Assembly: GCA_963621875.1 (NCBI GenBank)
Contig: CAVFFR010000001.1
Location: 15,940 to 79,939, forward strand
Reading direction: 5' to 3'
From: Bacteroidaceae bacterium
GTDB taxonomy: Bacteria > Bacillota > Clostridia > TANB77 > CAG-508
Length of the DNA stretch: 64,000 nucleotides
Shown: piece by piece, positions 1-10,262 of the stretch
How the letters are laid out: every line of letters starts with the position of its first letter
How positions within the stretch are numbered: position 1 is the first letter of the stretch
The notes under the pieces: generated by a model
Told to the model about the DNA's origin: nothing
Database searches by the model: none
Seen by the model: the letters and a program-made list of their open reading frames with translations, nothing else
Program-made: the position numbers and the translations under genes

Positions 1-91
1 TAAAAAGTACTTGAACTTTTTGTGACTTTGTGTTATAACAAAAATGAATAGTATGTATATAAAAATAAAAGAAATAAAGGAAGTATTGACT

Positions 92-1141
92 ATGAAAAAA
101 AATATTTATTTATTATTGATAATTTTAATAATTATTCTATCAATTAATGTGAAATCTTATGCTGTAACACCAACATTAGAACAAATTGCCGATACATTTA
201 ATAATTGTGAAGCTGTAAAACAACTGGAAAATTCAGGATCAGGAAGTTCATTGTTAGCGAGTAGCAATGAAAATACGTTAACTATAACTTCTGTAGGGAG
301 CGATTCAACAACAGAAATACAATATCTATTGGATGGCAACATTTTATCAACAACATTAGAACAGGATGATTTTGGTGGAGCTATGGCAAGTATATATCTA
401 GTAGATAGTATAGGTCAACTACAAGGATATGAAGATGGAGAACTTTTTTCAACATTAAATTCTGAAGAAGCAATGAATTATACAATAGATAACCAAGGAT
501 ATGAAATGAAACAGCTTGATGATGGAAAAGTATCAATCAAAGTAGATATAACAAAGAAAATACCTTTGATAGATGCAAGCAATATTTATATTGAAGTAAG
601 CGATTTACAAGATTTAAAAAGCTACATATCAGGAGATGGATTTGCAGAAAAAAGTAAAGGAAATATTTGGTTTAATAAAAATGGATATAATGGCGAGAAT
701 ACTGTACTTATTGCAGAAAAAGATAATTTGACTGAAAATACGTACAAATCAATACTATCAATCATTGAAGTTATGTTTGATTCAAGCCAGGCATCTGATT
801 ACTTCAAAACAAATTATTCTGGAATGTCTGTTGGAAATAAAGAGTTTACAGGAGTTAAAATTGAAATAAATCCAACAAAAACAGAATATGAAGAAACATT
901 AATACCTTCAGATAGTGGATATGAATTTGCTAGAATAACGGTAGATAAAAATTTGGTTAATTCTGCAATAACTGGAAACAATTCAAATACTGAAAAAAAG
1001 GAACAAGATAATACAACATCTCAAGGAAAATTACCACAAACTGGATTGAACATAATTTTACCAATTATAAGTGTTAGTATAATAACCTTGATTACTATTG
1101 TATTTTATAAAAAATATAATAACTATAAAGATGTAAAATAA
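92..1141 (+). CDS. LPXTG-anchored cell-wall surface protein (sortase substrate). A longer ORF from 44 is possible, but the RBS 'aaggaag' precedes the ATG at 92.
   Basis: N-terminal signal peptide MKKNIYLLLIILIIILSINVKSYA. C-terminal LPQTG + hydrophobic stretch + KKYNNYKDVK positive tail. Thr/Ser/Asn-rich body. Confidence 0.6.
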   Translation: MKKNIYLLLIILIIILSINVKSYAVTPTLEQIADTFNNCEAVKQLENSGSGSSLLASSNENTLTITSVGSDSTTEIQYLLDGNILSTTLEQDDFGGAMASIYLVDSIGQLQGYEDGELFSTLNSEEAMNYTIDNQGYEMKQLDDGKVSIKVDITKKIPLIDASNIYIEVSDLQDLKSYISGDGFAEKSKGNIWFNKNGYNGENTVLIAEKDNLTENTYKSILSIIEVMFDSSQASDYFKTNYSGMSVGNKEFTGVKIEINPTKTEYEETLIPSDSGYEFARITVDKNLVNSAITGNNSNTEKKEQDNTTSQGKLPQTGLNIILPIISVSIITLITIVFYKKYNNYKDVK

Positions 1142-1399
1142 AAAATATAAAAATAGTAAATAAAATGATTTTGAGATTACAAACATTTCAATCCTTTTAT
1201 TTACTATTTACACTTTGGAATTAATATATAAGCTTTATCTTCAATAAATTTATTTCATATCATTAATTTTTCAAAACTTATTAAAATTACATTTATCAAA
1301 GGTATACCTAAATAATTCTGAAAATTGTTGACAAAAAAAATTGAGGTATGTTATTATAAAAATGTAATGATTATTTATACAAAAGAGAGGAGATATATT

Positions 1400-2599
1400 A
1401 TGCTAAAATTTAGCAAAATAACAGTTGTAATACTAATTATTTTCTTATTAAACACATTGTTCTTTAGTTGTTATGCTACCCCTGTAACTGTAACAAAAGA
1501 AAACCTGAGTGAATCCTTACAAGAACTCGGTTCTTCAGATTCAATTGATAAAAATTATAAAGTTAATGTATCTGATGAAGTTATCACAATGACAACAACT
1601 GATGGAGAAAGTTATACTTTAAATTATGATTTAACTGACAAGCCTACATTCTCAATTGAAAGTTTGATTCAACAAGGAATGAGCTATGCAGATTTTAAAG
1701 AACAAACAGACAACCTGCTAAGTTTACCACTGTTTGGATATATGGCAGTAGCTAATATTCAAGGAGTAGAATTTGAAGATGTATTTATATATTTAGTATT
1801 ATCATCATTGGAAAGTGGTATCAATGATTCTAAGTCTAACGATAATCCCTATATTATTGTTGATGATACAGATTTATCAGATGAAGTTACAACAGTTACA
1901 AGTGAAAGTGATCAAGAAATTATATATGCTTCTGAATTTGGAGAAAGAGTAATGGAATATGTAAATGCTACATATAAAGATAAACAAACAACAACAGATG
2001 CAACAAATGGAATTAATTCTTATGAATGGACTATTGAAAAAAATGATGTTACTGAAAATTCCTGTAAATTAGTATCATCGGTAACTGTAAATGTTGACGC
2101 AGATTTTTCAAAAATAGAAGGATATGCAAATCAAGTGGAAGAAGCTTTTTTAAATAAAAATATTACAAAGGATAATGCAGATTATGCAGTTACATTAAAA
2201 GTTGGGCAAAAATGTAGATTTGAATCTACCGAAAAGATTACAAGTTATGAGATATCTGGTTCTGGTTGCGATTACGAGAAGATAAATGAAAACTGTGCAG
2301 AAATCACTGGAACAAGCGTCGGAAAAGCTAACGGTTATATCTATGTAGGTGAAACAAAAAAATCATTTTATATTACTGTTGAAGAAAATTCAGACAATCA
2401 AACTTTAGATACAATAACACTAAAAGTAGATAATGCAACGGAGCAACAAACCTCTGAAGTATCTAAAGATGGTACGACTGCGAAAGGTACTTTACCTAAA
2501 ACAGGGGTAAATAATACTATTTATATAATATTGGCATCTTGTCTTATATTCTCAGCAATATTTGGAATAAAATTAAAAAAATATAAAGATATTAAATAG
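1400..2599 (+). CDS. LPXTG-anchored cell-wall surface protein (paralogue of the upstream gene).
   Basis: RBS 'agagaggag' precedes the ATG at 1400. Signal peptide MLKFSKITVVILIIFLLNTLFFSCYA. C-terminal LPKTG + TM + KLKKYKDIK tail. Confidence 0.6.
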   Translation: MLKFSKITVVILIIFLLNTLFFSCYATPVTVTKENLSESLQELGSSDSIDKNYKVNVSDEVITMTTTDGESYTLNYDLTDKPTFSIESLIQQGMSYADFKEQTDNLLSLPLFGYMAVANIQGVEFEDVFIYLVLSSLESGINDSKSNDNPYIIVDDTDLSDEVTTVTSESDQEIIYASEFGERVMEYVNATYKDKQTTTDATNGINSYEWTIEKNDVTENSCKLVSSVTVNVDADFSKIEGYANQVEEAFLNKNITKDNADYAVTLKVGQKCRFESTEKITSYEISGSGCDYEKINENCAEITGTSVGKANGYIYVGETKKSFYITVEENSDNQTLDTITLKVDNATEQQTSEVSKDGTTAKGTLPKTGVNNTIYIILASCLIFSAIFGIKLKKYKDIK

Positions 2600-2654
2600 A
2601 AGAATTATGTTGAAATTAAGTGAATAAATAGCACAAGGATGCTATTAAGATATT

Positions 2655-2682
2655 AAAAAGCCTTGACATTCAAGGCTTTTTG
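2655..2682 (+). terminator. Rho-independent terminator after the second LPXTG gene.
   Basis: Hairpin gccttga-cat-tcaaggc followed by a tttttg run. Confidence 0.6.
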
Positions 2683-2725
2683 TGCAATAATAAGAAAGTG
2701 ATTTTTATAAAAGGAGGTATGTTTC

Positions 2726-4213
2726 ATGGCAGACATAAAAGAATTAATGCAAGTGCGTAGAGACAAAATGCAAAAAATAAAAGACAGTGGAATAAATGTA
2801 AGACCAGAAAGATATGAAAAAACGCACAGCATAAAAGATGCAAGAAATTTAGAAGATGGAACAAAAAATGTTTCAATAGCAGGGAGAATAATGTCTAAAC
2901 GAAAACTTGGAAAAATCAGTTTCTTAGATTTACAAGATTTACAAGGACATCTTCAATTATGTATAAAAAGAGATGACTTAGGAGAAGAAACATATAAATT
3001 CCTTCATGAGACTGTGGATATAGGAGATTTTATAGGAGTAAAAGGTGACATTTTTACAACAGAAGCAGGAGAGAAAACTTTGCAAGTATATGAATATACA
3101 TTTTTAGGCAAAGCTTTCAGACCACTTCCAGAAAAATTCCACGGAATAACAGATACAGAAGCTGTTTATAGAGAAAGACATTTAGACTTAATAATGAATG
3201 ATGATTCTAAAAAGAGATTTATATTAAGAACACAATTAATAAGATTAATGCGTGAATTTTTAGATAGCCACGGATTCTTAGAAGTTGATACACCAGTTCT
3301 TCAAAATACAGCATCAGGAGCAACAGCAAGACCATTTGTAACGCATCACAATGCTCTAGATATGGATGTATATTTAAGAATATCGCCAGAATTAACATTA
3401 AAAAAATTAATAATTGGTGGTTTTGAACATGTATATGAAATAGCGAGAGATTTCAGAAATGAAGGAATGGACGCAAATCACTTACAAGACTTCACAATGA
3501 TAGAAGGATATAGTGCATATTGGTGTTATAGAGACAATATGAAATTTCTAAGAGAAATGATTATCTATATATTAGACAAATTATTTGATGGAAATTTAAA
3601 ATTGCAATTAGGTGGACAAGAAGTAGACTTTGGCGGAGAATGGCCAGCAGTATCTTTTAGAGATCTAATATTAAAAGATTGTGGAATAGATATTGACAAA
3701 TATCTTACAGCACAAGAGCTTTTAGCAGAAATTAACAAACAAGGAATTAAACTAGAAGCAGACAACTTAGAAAATTTAGGTAGAGGAAATCTAATAGACA
3801 CATTATACAAAAAAGTAAGCAGACCAAAAATAATCAATCCAACATATTTAACAAAACACCCAATAGATTTATCACCACTTGCAAGAAGTAATGATGAAAA
3901 TCCACAAATAACAGATAGATTCCAATTAGTAGTTAATGGACAAGAAATAATAAATGGTTACTCAGAGCTTGTAGATTCAGACGAACAAGAAAAAAGATTA
4001 ATTGAACAAAGTAAGTTAAAAGATCAAGGTGATGACGAAGCCATGAGTATTGATACAGAATACATTAGAGCTATGGAATATGGTATGCCACCAATTTCTG
4101 GTTGGGGACTTGGAATAGACAGATTCCTACAATTCTTAACAAATAGCGACAATATAAGAGATGTAGTGTTGTATCCATTAATGAGACCAAGGGCTTCAGA
4201 AGAAGAAGAATAA
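2726..4213 (+). CDS. lysS: Lysyl-tRNA synthetase (class II).
   Basis: 495 aa. N-terminal OB anticodon-binding domain and class II catalytic core with motifs FRNEG and GxGxGxDR (GWGLGIDR). Strong RBS ggaggt. Confidence 0.9.
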   Translation: MADIKELMQVRRDKMQKIKDSGINVRPERYEKTHSIKDARNLEDGTKNVSIAGRIMSKRKLGKISFLDLQDLQGHLQLCIKRDDLGEETYKFLHETVDIGDFIGVKGDIFTTEAGEKTLQVYEYTFLGKAFRPLPEKFHGITDTEAVYRERHLDLIMNDDSKKRFILRTQLIRLMREFLDSHGFLEVDTPVLQNTASGATARPFVTHHNALDMDVYLRISPELTLKKLIIGGFEHVYEIARDFRNEGMDANHLQDFTMIEGYSAYWCYRDNMKFLREMIIYILDKLFDGNLKLQLGGQEVDFGGEWPAVSFRDLILKDCGIDIDKYLTAQELLAEINKQGIKLEADNLENLGRGNLIDTLYKKVSRPKIINPTYLTKHPIDLSPLARSNDENPQITDRFQLVVNGQEIINGYSELVDSDEQEKRLIEQSKLKDQGDDEAMSIDTEYIRAMEYGMPPISGWGLGIDRFLQFLTNSDNIRDVVLYPLMRPRASEEEE

Positions 4214-4222
4214 ATCTATATA

Positions 4223-4259
4223 AAACAAGCATTAATTTAACCAAGTGCTTGTTTTTTTA
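4223..4259 (+). terminator. Rho-independent terminator after lysS.
   Basis: Stem aacaagca/tgcttgtt followed by a T7 run. Confidence 0.55.
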
Positions 4260-4312
4260 TATGTTTTGGTATAAAATATTATCAAATTTTATTTAAAGTA
4301 GGTAATTGAAAT

Positions 4313-6001
4313 TTGAACAAGAAATGGAAAATAAATGATACAAAAACCGACATAGCTGAAAAAATAGCAAATGAATTTAATATAAGCCGATTAGTGGCGA
4401 ATATAATTGCAAACAAAGGACTAAAAAATAAGAAAGAAATAGAAACTTTTTTAAATCCCACTAGAAAGGATTTCTATGATCCTTTTTTGATGCCTGATAT
4501 GAAAGATGCAGTAGATAGGATAGTAAAAGCCATTAATAACAAAGAAAAGATCACGATATATGGAGATTATGATGTTGATGGAATTACCAGTAGTACAGTG
4601 CTATCAAGATTTTTAGAAGAAAGAGGCGTAAAGCCAGACATATACATTCCAGATAGAATAAATGAAGGATATGGAATGAACCAAAACGCAATAAAAAATA
4701 TTGCTAAAAATAAGACAAAGCTCATAATAACAGTAGACTGTGGAATTACGGCGATAAAAGAAGTAGAATTTGCAAAAAAACTAAATATGGATGTTGTTGT
4801 TACAGACCATCATGAGCCGGGAACGGAAATCCCAAATACTATAGCAGTAGTTGACTGTAAAAGAAAAGACAATAAATATCCATTTAGTGAACTTGCTGGA
4901 GTTGGAGTTGCGTTTAAACTAATACAAGCACTGTCGATAAAAATAGGACTTCCAGAAGAAGCTTATCTAAAATATTTGGACATAGTATGTATTGGAACAA
5001 TATCAGATATAGTCCCATTAGTAAGTGAAAATAGAACAATTGCAAAACTAGGTCTAAAGCTAGTAAAACAAACAAAAAATGTAGGATTAAAATGTTTATT
5101 AGGAAGTATTGGGTATAAAAAAATTGACTCTAATACAATATCTTTTGGAATAGCACCAAGAGTGAATGCTTGTGGAAGAATGGGACAAGCTAGAAAAGCA
5201 CTTGATTTGTTTTTAACGAATAATATAGAACGAGCAAGAAAACTAACAGATGAGCTAAATGAGTGCAATGTAAAAAGGCAAGAGATAGAAAAAAAGATTT
5301 CAGATGAAGTTATTAAAATGCTAGAAAATCCAGAAGAACAAAATGCACCTTGTATAATACTTGGAAAAGAAAATTGGCATCACGGTGTTATAGGAATAGT
5401 ATCTTCTAAAATGACAGATATGTATTCTAAACCAAGTATATTATTATGTTTTGAAGATGGCAAAGCAAAAGGTTCAGGAAGGAGCATTCCGGGTTTTGAT
5501 CTGCACGAAGCTTTAGAAAACTGTAATAGATATATAGACCAATTTGGAGGCCATAGTATGGCTATTGGAATAACTATACAAAAAGATAACTTCCAAAAAT
5601 TCAAAAATGATATAGAAGAATATGCAAAAAACAAGAATGTTTCTGAGATGGTACCAGAAATACAAATTGACGAAAAGATACAATTGCAAGACATATCGAC
5701 AAAAGATGTGGCAGAACTCAATTTATTAGAGCCTTTTGGAGAAGGGAATAGAATACCATTGTTCCAAATAAGTGGTGTAAAAATATCTTCTATTAGAACT
5801 TTATCAGAAGGGAAACATCTAAAATTATTTTTAAAAGATGATAATAAATATATAGATGCAATTGGCTTTAATATGGGAAACGTTGCCAACAAGTATACAA
5901 TAGAAGACAAAATAGATATAGTTGGAGGACTAGAATTAAATAGCTATAATGGAACTGAGAAGATGCAAATTAATTTAAAAGACATAAGACACAGCATATA
6001 A
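4313..6001 (+). CDS. recJ: Single-stranded-DNA-specific exonuclease RecJ (DHH/DHHA1 family). Apparent TTG start.
   Basis: DHH motif VVTDHHEP, DHHA1-like GGH motif (FGGHSMA) and a C-terminal OB-like region. 562 aa. Confidence 0.8.
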   Translation: MNKKWKINDTKTDIAEKIANEFNISRLVANIIANKGLKNKKEIETFLNPTRKDFYDPFLMPDMKDAVDRIVKAINNKEKITIYGDYDVDGITSSTVLSRFLEERGVKPDIYIPDRINEGYGMNQNAIKNIAKNKTKLIITVDCGITAIKEVEFAKKLNMDVVVTDHHEPGTEIPNTIAVVDCKRKDNKYPFSELAGVGVAFKLIQALSIKIGLPEEAYLKYLDIVCIGTISDIVPLVSENRTIAKLGLKLVKQTKNVGLKCLLGSIGYKKIDSNTISFGIAPRVNACGRMGQARKALDLFLTNNIERARKLTDELNECNVKRQEIEKKISDEVIKMLENPEEQNAPCIILGKENWHHGVIGIVSSKMTDMYSKPSILLCFEDGKAKGSGRSIPGFDLHEALENCNRYIDQFGGHSMAIGITIQKDNFQKFKNDIEEYAKNKNVSEMVPEIQIDEKIQLQDISTKDVAELNLLEPFGEGNRIPLFQISGVKISSIRTLSEGKHLKLFLKDDNKYIDAIGFNMGNVANKYTIEDKIDIVGGLELNSYNGTEKMQINLKDIRHSI

Positions 6002-6018
6002 TTAGGAGGTGAAACTAA

Positions 6019-8211
6019 ATGTCTGAAAATATAAATCACACAATAGAAGAAGTTTTAGAAACGGTAAAAAAATCAAATAGGAGAGCAGACTTAAAATTAA
6101 TAAAAAGAGCGTATGAGTTTGCAAAAAATAAGCATAAAGATCAATTAAGAAGGTCGGGAGAACCTTATATAATTCATCCAATACAAGTTGCATATATTTT
6201 ATCGACACTAGGGTTAGACCATAGCACAATTTGTGCAGCACTTTTACACGATGTTATAGAAGACACAGATGTAACATTAGAAGATATTGCAAAAGAATTT
6301 ACACCAGAAATTGCAGAAATGGTTGATGGTGTTACTAAATTAAGCAAACTAAACTATACAAGCGAACAAGAACAACAAGTAGAGAACTACAGAAAAATGT
6401 TTTTGGCAATGGGTAAAGATATAAGAGTAATACTAATAAAGCTTGCAGATAGACTTCATAATATGAGAACATTAAAATATCTTACAAGAGATAGACAAAT
6501 AGCAAATGCTAGAGAAACTATGGACTTATATGCACCACTTGCAAACAGATTGGGTATGTATTCTCTAAAATGGGAACTTGAAGACTTATCTTTTAAATAT
6601 TTATATCCAGAAGACTATAGAGAACTAGTAGAGGGAATAGATAAAAAAAGAGAAGAAAGACTTAAGTTTATAGACCAAATATTGCAAGAAATAAAAGTAG
6701 AGTTAAAAAAGCAAAAAATAGTTGCCGAAATAACAGGAAGAGCAAAGCACTTGTACAGTATATATAGAAAAATGCAAAGAGATAATAAAACATTGGACCA
6801 AATATATGACTTGTTTGCACTAAGAATAATAGTAAATTCTGTAAAAGATTGCTATGCTGCACTAGGAATTGTACACGAATTATACAATCCGATGCCGGGA
6901 AGGTTTAAAGATTATATATCAGTACCAAAACCAAATATGTATCAATCATTGCACACAACATTAATTGGACCAAAAGGAACACCTTTTGAGGTCCAAATAA
7001 GAACTTGGGATATGCATAGAATTGCTGAATATGGTATTGCAGCACACTGGGCTTACAAAGAAGCGAGTTTCTTAGGTGGCAAAAAAGCAAATGTAGCAGT
7101 AGAAGAAGATAAACTATCTTGGCTTAGAGAAACATTAGAATGGCAAAAAGATATGCAAGATCCACAAGAATTCTTAAACACATTAAAAACAGAATTATTC
7201 GAAGACGAGGTATATGTATTTACTCCAAAAGGGAAAATATTAGTTCTTCCAAATGGAGCAACACCAATAGATTTTGCGTATGCGATACACGCTGAAATAG
7301 GCAATCATATGACAGGTTGCAAAATCAATAGCAAAATGATGCCAATAGTAACAAAGTTAAAAAATGGTGACATTGTAGAAATAGTTACATCAGATAAATC
7401 AAAAGGACCAAGTAGAGATTGGCTAAAATTCATAAAAAGTAGTACAGCCAAAACTCGTATACAGCAGTGGTTTAAAAAGAATGAAAGAGAAGAAAACATT
7501 ACAAAAGGAAAAGAAACTTTGGAAAGAGAAGTAAAAAGGATAGGAATGAGCTATCAAGAACTATTTAAACCAGAGTTTGTAGAAGTAGCAGTAAATAGAT
7601 ACAAGTTTAATTCTTTAGATGATATGTATGCTAGTGTTGGATTTGGAACAATAACAGCAGGAAAAATAGTTTCAAGAATACTAGAAGAATATAGAAAAGT
7701 TAATAAAGAAGAAAATATTGAAGAAAAAATTGAACAATTAACAAAACCAAAAGAAGACAAACCATCGTCAAGTGGTATAATTGTAAAAGGAATAGATAAT
7801 TGTTTAGTAAAACTTTCAAAATGCTGTAATCCAGTACCAGGAGATGAAATTGTAGGATATATAACAAAAGGCAGAGGGGTATCTGTACATAGAAAAGATT
7901 GCAAAAATGTAAAAGACTTATTTGAAGAAGAAAGCAGAATGATAGATGTATCGTGGTATACAGATCAACCATCAAGCTACAATGTTGATATAGTTTTATT
8001 CTCTAATGACAGAAACGGTTTACTAGCAGATATAATTTCTACTATTGCAACCGAAAAAGCTCCATTGATTTCTATAACATCTAAAGTTTCAAAAGAGAGA
8101 ATTGTAATAACTGAACTTACCATAGAAGTTAGTAATATTACACAATTAAACAATATGTTAAAATCTTTGAGAAAAATAGACAGTGTATACGATGTAAAGA
8201 GAAACAAATAA
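6019..8211 (+). CDS. relA: Bifunctional (p)ppGpp synthetase/hydrolase RelA/SpoT (Rel).
   Basis: 730 aa. HD hydrolase domain (HDVIEDT), RelA_SpoT synthetase domain, TGS and C-terminal ACT domain. RBS aggaggtg. Confidence 0.9.
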   Translation: MSENINHTIEEVLETVKKSNRRADLKLIKRAYEFAKNKHKDQLRRSGEPYIIHPIQVAYILSTLGLDHSTICAALLHDVIEDTDVTLEDIAKEFTPEIAEMVDGVTKLSKLNYTSEQEQQVENYRKMFLAMGKDIRVILIKLADRLHNMRTLKYLTRDRQIANARETMDLYAPLANRLGMYSLKWELEDLSFKYLYPEDYRELVEGIDKKREERLKFIDQILQEIKVELKKQKIVAEITGRAKHLYSIYRKMQRDNKTLDQIYDLFALRIIVNSVKDCYAALGIVHELYNPMPGRFKDYISVPKPNMYQSLHTTLIGPKGTPFEVQIRTWDMHRIAEYGIAAHWAYKEASFLGGKKANVAVEEDKLSWLRETLEWQKDMQDPQEFLNTLKTELFEDEVYVFTPKGKILVLPNGATPIDFAYAIHAEIGNHMTGCKINSKMMPIVTKLKNGDIVEIVTSDKSKGPSRDWLKFIKSSTAKTRIQQWFKKNEREENITKGKETLEREVKRIGMSYQELFKPEFVEVAVNRYKFNSLDDMYASVGFGTITAGKIVSRILEEYRKVNKEENIEEKIEQLTKPKEDKPSSSGIIVKGIDNCLVKLSKCCNPVPGDEIVGYITKGRGVSVHRKDCKNVKDLFEEESRMIDVSWYTDQPSSYNVDIVLFSNDRNGLLADIISTIATEKAPLISITSKVSKERIVITELTIEVSNITQLNNMLKSLRKIDSVYDVKRNK

Positions 8212-8226
8212 AAGGAAGTAAAACAG

Positions 8227-8874
8227 ATGATATTAAAAAGACTAAAAGTAGAAACAAGTTTAGGAGAACCTACTAATTGTTATATAGTAACAGATGAGAA
8301 AACAAAGGAAACTCTTGTGATAGATCCAGGTGGAGAAGCTGACAAAATAATAGAGATGTTAGATATATTAGAGGCCAAATTGAAATATATTTACTTAACC
8401 CATTGCCACGCGGATCACATAGGAGCTGTTACAGAACTAAAAAATAGAAAAGGTGGAAAGATACTTATTCACAGAGAAGATGCAGAAGGACTAAATGATG
8501 AAGACATAAATTTAAGTGAATGTATTAATATGGGAGAAATTGAACTTGAAGCAGATTCAAGAGTTAATGAAGATGATCTTATACATATAGGGAACTTAGA
8601 ATTTAAAGTGATACATACACCTGGACACACAAAAGGAAGTAGCTCGTTGTATTGCCAAGAAGAAAATTTATTATTCTCCGGAGATACCTTGTTTAGAGGT
8701 GCTTGGGGAAGAACCGATTTACCAACAAGTTCTTTTGAAGCTATCATTAAATCAATTTGCAATAAATTAATGATGATACCTGATGAAACAATAGTATATC
8801 CGGGACATGGCAAATCAACATTAATAAAAGAAGAAAAACCAATTTATTTAGAATTAAAACCTAGAGAATATTAG
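8227..8874 (+). CDS. MBL-fold metallo-hydrolase (glyoxalase II-like).
   Basis: HxHxDH zinc motif THCHADHIG. 215 aa. It sits between relA and hisS, where many Bacilli carry dtd. Confidence 0.7.
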   Translation: MILKRLKVETSLGEPTNCYIVTDEKTKETLVIDPGGEADKIIEMLDILEAKLKYIYLTHCHADHIGAVTELKNRKGGKILIHREDAEGLNDEDINLSECINMGEIELEADSRVNEDDLIHIGNLEFKVIHTPGHTKGSSSLYCQEENLLFSGDTLFRGAWGRTDLPTSSFEAIIKSICNKLMMIPDETIVYPGHGKSTLIKEEKPIYLELKPREY

Positions 8875-8887
8875 AAAGGAGGAAATT

Positions 8888-10201
8888 ATGGCAAAAACAG
8901 AACCAAGAACATTACCAGGATTTATGGAATTATTACCAAACGAACAAATTCTATTTAATCAAATGAAACAAACGATAGAAGAATCTTATAAAACTTTTGG
9001 ATTTTTACCAATAGACACTCCAGTAATAGAACTTGCTGAAGTATTACTAGCAAAAACGGGAGGAGAGACGGAAAAGCAAATTTATAAATTTGAAAAAGGA
9101 GATACAAATTTAGCATTAAGATTTGACTTAACTGTTCCTCTTGCTAAATATGTGGCAAAAAACTATGGAAATTTAAGTTTTCCTTTTAGAAGATACCAGA
9201 TAGGAAAAGTATACAGAGGAGAAAAAGTACAAAAAGGAAGATATAGAGAATTTTATCAATGCGATATTGACATTATTGGGGACGAAACACTTGATATAAT
9301 AAATGACGCAGAAATTCCTGTTGTAATAGCAACTACTTTTAAAAATTTAGGATTTAATGACTTTACTATAAAAATAAATAATAGAAAAATATTAAATGGA
9401 CTATATGAAAGTTTAGGACAAGAAAAAAATTCAGTTGAAATTATGAGAATAGTGGACAAACTAGATAAGATAGGAGTAGAAGCGGTAAAAGAAGAAATTT
9501 TGAAACTAGGAGTATCAAGTGAAACTACAGAAAAAATAGTAAAATTTATAAAAATAGAAGGCTCAACTGACGAAAAATTACAAAAATTAGAAGAACTAAA
9601 TATAGAAAATGAAAAATATTTAAAAGGTCTAGAGGAATTAAAAGAAGTAGTTAAATATATACGACTATTCAAAATGTCAGAGGAAAACTTTACAGTAGAT
9701 TTAACAATAGCAAGAGGCCTTGACTATTATACAGGAACAGTTTATGAAACATTTTTAAATGATTATAGAGAACTTGGAAGTGTTTGCTCAGGAGGAAGAT
9801 ACGAAAATCTAGCTGAAAAATACACAGACAAAAAACTTCCAGGAGTTGGTGTGTCAATAGGTTTAACAAGATTATTTTCAAAGTTAAATGAGTTGAATAT
9901 AATAAAAGCTAATAAAAAAGCTATCTCAGACATTTTAATAATTCCAATGACAGAAAATATGTCAGTTCCACTAGAATTAGGAACAGAGCTAAGAAAACTA
10001 AAAGTAAATACAGAAATTTACTTAAATAATAAAAAAATAAAAGCAAAAATGAAATATGCAGATAAGCTAGAAATTCCATATATTGTTGTTATAGGAGATA
10101 ATGAGATAGAAACAAATAAAGTAAAAATAAAAAATATGACAACAGGGGAAGAAATAGAGTGCAATTTAAATGCAAAAGAAATTCTTAATATAATAAAATA
10201 A
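8888..10201 (+). CDS. hisS: Histidyl-tRNA synthetase.
   Basis: Class II aaRS motifs (RYREFYQCDIDIIG, GGRYENL) plus a C-terminal anticodon-binding domain. 437 aa. RBS aaaggagg. Confidence 0.85.
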   Translation: MAKTEPRTLPGFMELLPNEQILFNQMKQTIEESYKTFGFLPIDTPVIELAEVLLAKTGGETEKQIYKFEKGDTNLALRFDLTVPLAKYVAKNYGNLSFPFRRYQIGKVYRGEKVQKGRYREFYQCDIDIIGDETLDIINDAEIPVVIATTFKNLGFNDFTIKINNRKILNGLYESLGQEKNSVEIMRIVDKLDKIGVEAVKEEILKLGVSSETTEKIVKFIKIEGSTDEKLQKLEELNIENEKYLKGLEELKEVVKYIRLFKMSEENFTVDLTIARGLDYYTGTVYETFLNDYRELGSVCSGGRYENLAEKYTDKKLPGVGVSIGLTRLFSKLNELNIIKANKKAISDILIIPMTENMSVPLELGTELRKLKVNTEIYLNNKKIKAKMKYADKLEIPYIVVIGDNEIETNKVKIKNMTTGEEIECNLNAKEILNIIK

Positions 10202-10222
10202 ATAAACTTTCAAAAATTATAA

Positions 10223-10262
10223 TAGATTAAGTTTGAACTTTACAAACTTAATCTATTTTTTT
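10223..10262. terminator. Bidirectional Rho-independent terminator between convergent hisS and spoIIP.
   Basis: 13-bp stem tagattaagtttg/caaacttaatcta with a T7 run on the + strand and an A-run on the other strand. Confidence 0.6.

Noticed and set aside
44-91. Upstream ATG at 44 for the first LPXTG gene.
   Set aside because: The ATG at 92 is preceded by a Shine-Dalgarno (aaggaag) and starts directly with a canonical K-rich n-region and h-region signal peptide. The 16 extra residues would bury it.
2600-2725. Possible T-box/L-box leader upstream of lysS, and likewise before metG and hisS.
   Set aside because: Intergenic spaces are only 90-125 nt and are occupied by a terminator hairpin and an RBS. 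There is no room for a ~250-nt riboswitch or T-box.
4963-5910. Minus-strand ORFs of 101 and 176 aa inside recJ, and similar antisense ORFs inside relA (6668..8207), hisS and pgi.
   Set aside because: They are antisense to strongly conserved housekeeping genes. AT-rich genomes generate long spurious antisense frames. No RBS.
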